NCBI RefSeq assembly: GCF_031769215.1
Contig: NW_026782216.1
Location: 62,001-126,000 of the forward strand
Reading direction: 5' to 3'
DNA: 64,000 nucleotides
Origin: Ylistrum balloti
Taxonomy: Eukaryota
The notes beneath the pieces are model-generated. The model had not been told where the DNA came from, made no database searches, and saw only the letters and a program-made list of their open reading frames with translations. Shown piece after piece: positions 62,555-64,000 of the stretch (within the stretch, counting starts at the first letter, position 1; each line of letters starts with the position of its first letter). A program made the position numbers and the translations under genes.

Positions 62555-64000
62555 GTTTCCCCTCTCCCCCCCTCTCCCTCCTCCCTACAATAGTCTTACG
62601 TGTTTACCCCCTCCCTCCTCCCTACAATAGTCTTACGTGTTTACCCCCTCCCTCCTCCCTGCAATAGTCTTACGTGTTTACCCCCTCTCCCTCCTCCCTG
62701 CAATAGTCATACGTGTTTACCCCTCTCCCTCCTCCCTGCAATAGTCTAACGTGTTTACCCTCTCCCTCCTCCCTACAATAGTCTGACGTGTTTACCCCCT
62801 CTCCCTCCTCCCTGCAATAGTCATACGTGTTTATCCCTCTCCCTCCTCCCTGCAATAGTCATACGTGTTTACCCCCTCTCCCTCCTCCCTACAATAGTCT
62901 GATGTGTTTACCCCCTCTCCCTCCTCCCTGCAATAGTCATACGTGTTTACCCCCTCTCCCTCCTCCCTGCAATAGTCATACGTGTTTACCCCTCTCCCTC
63001 CTCCCTGCAATAGTCTAACGTGTTTACCCTCTCCCTCCTCCCTACAATAGTCTTACGTGTTTACCACCTCCCTCCTCCCTGCAATAGTTTTACGTGTTTA
63101 CACCCTCTCCCTACAATAGTCTTACGTGTTTACCCCCTCTTCCTCCTCCCTACAATAGTCTTACGTGTTTACCCCCTCCCTCCTCCCTACAATAGTCTTA
63201 CGTGTTTACCCCCTCCCTCCTCCCTACAATAGTCTTACGTGTTTACCCCCTCTTCCTCCTCCCTACAATAGTCTTACGTGTTTACCCCCTCTCCTTCCTC
63301 CCTACAATAGTCTTACGTGTTTACCCCTCTCCCTCCTCTCTGCAATAGTCTAACGTGTTTACCCTCTTCCTCCTCCCTACAATAGTCTTACGTGTTTACC
63401 ACCTCTCCCTCCTCCCTACAATAGTCTTACGTGTTTACCCCCTCCCTCCTCCCTACAATAGTCTTACGTGTTTACCCCCTCCCTCCTCCCTACAATAGTC
63501 TTACGTGTTTACCCCCTCCCTCCTCCCTACAATAGTCTTACGTGTTTACCCCCTCCCTCCTCCCTACAATAGTCTTACGTGTTTACCCCCCTCCCTCCTC
63601 CCTGCAATAGTTTTACGTGTTTACCCCCTCTCCCTCCTCCCTACAATAGTCTTACGTGTTTACCCCCTCCCTCCTCCCTACAATAGTCTTACGTGTTTAC
63701 CCCCTCTCCCTCCTCCCTGCAATAGTCTTACGTGTTTACCCCCTCTCCCTCCTCCCTACAATAGTCTTACGTGTTTACCCCCTCCCTCCTCCCTACAATA
63801 GTCTTACGTGTTTACCCCCTCTCCCCCTCCTCTCAATAGTCTTACGTGTTTACCCCCCTCCCCCTACAATAGTCTACTGTTTACCCTCTCCCTCCTCCCT
63901 ACAATAGTCTGCCGTGTTTACCCCCCTCCCTCCTCCCTGCAATAGTCTTACGTGTTTATCCCTCTCCCTCCTCCCTACAATAGTCTTACGTGTTTACCCC
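62555..64000. repeat. 37-40-bp C-rich minisatellite running off the window end
   Basis: Unit CCCTCCTCCCTACAATAGTCTTACGTGTTTACCCCCT(CT), more than 35 copies in the window. Confidence 0.95.

Noticed and set aside
62670-63907. Pro/Leu-rich repetitive ORFs
   Set aside because: By-products of the terminal satellite.
1980-64000. Tandem arrays as possible CRISPR arrays
   Set aside because: Units are contiguous with no unique spacers, there are no cas genes, and the context is eukaryotic and intronic.

Overview
AT-rich eukaryotic (animal) genomic DNA with GT-AG introns. The SINE and repeat families suggest a bivalve mollusc; this is an inference. I reconstructed five spliced protein-coding genes by hand with consistent intron phases. 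(1) WDR54 (-, 9 exons, 332 aa) lies head-to-head with (2) a DOK-family PH+IRS-PTB adaptor (+, 3 exons, 533 aa). (3) CCDC172 (-, 7-9 exons) lies head-to-head with (4) a C-terminal RING E3 ligase (+, 7 exons, 479 aa) whose repeats and pre-RING helix resemble a plant RING family. (5) A 216-aa two-exon gene (-) consists only of the kyphoscoliosis-peptidase/hillarin C-terminal module, with no transglutaminase domain. The window also holds a decayed pogo/Tigger DNA transposon with intact TIRs and an internal 57-bp satellite, V- and CORE-type SINEs, LINE and Helentron-like fragments, seven further tandem arrays, and a 147-N assembly gap. Four signals stand out: WDR54-DOK-CCDC172 adjacency matching human paralogon neighbourhoods, the stand-alone KY module, the plant-like RING ligase, and a CpG-rich domain (about 47.6-62.4 kb) packed with CACGTG and TGACGTCA motifs next to an ACGTG/HRE-bearing satellite. 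There is no CRISPR array or prokaryotic system.
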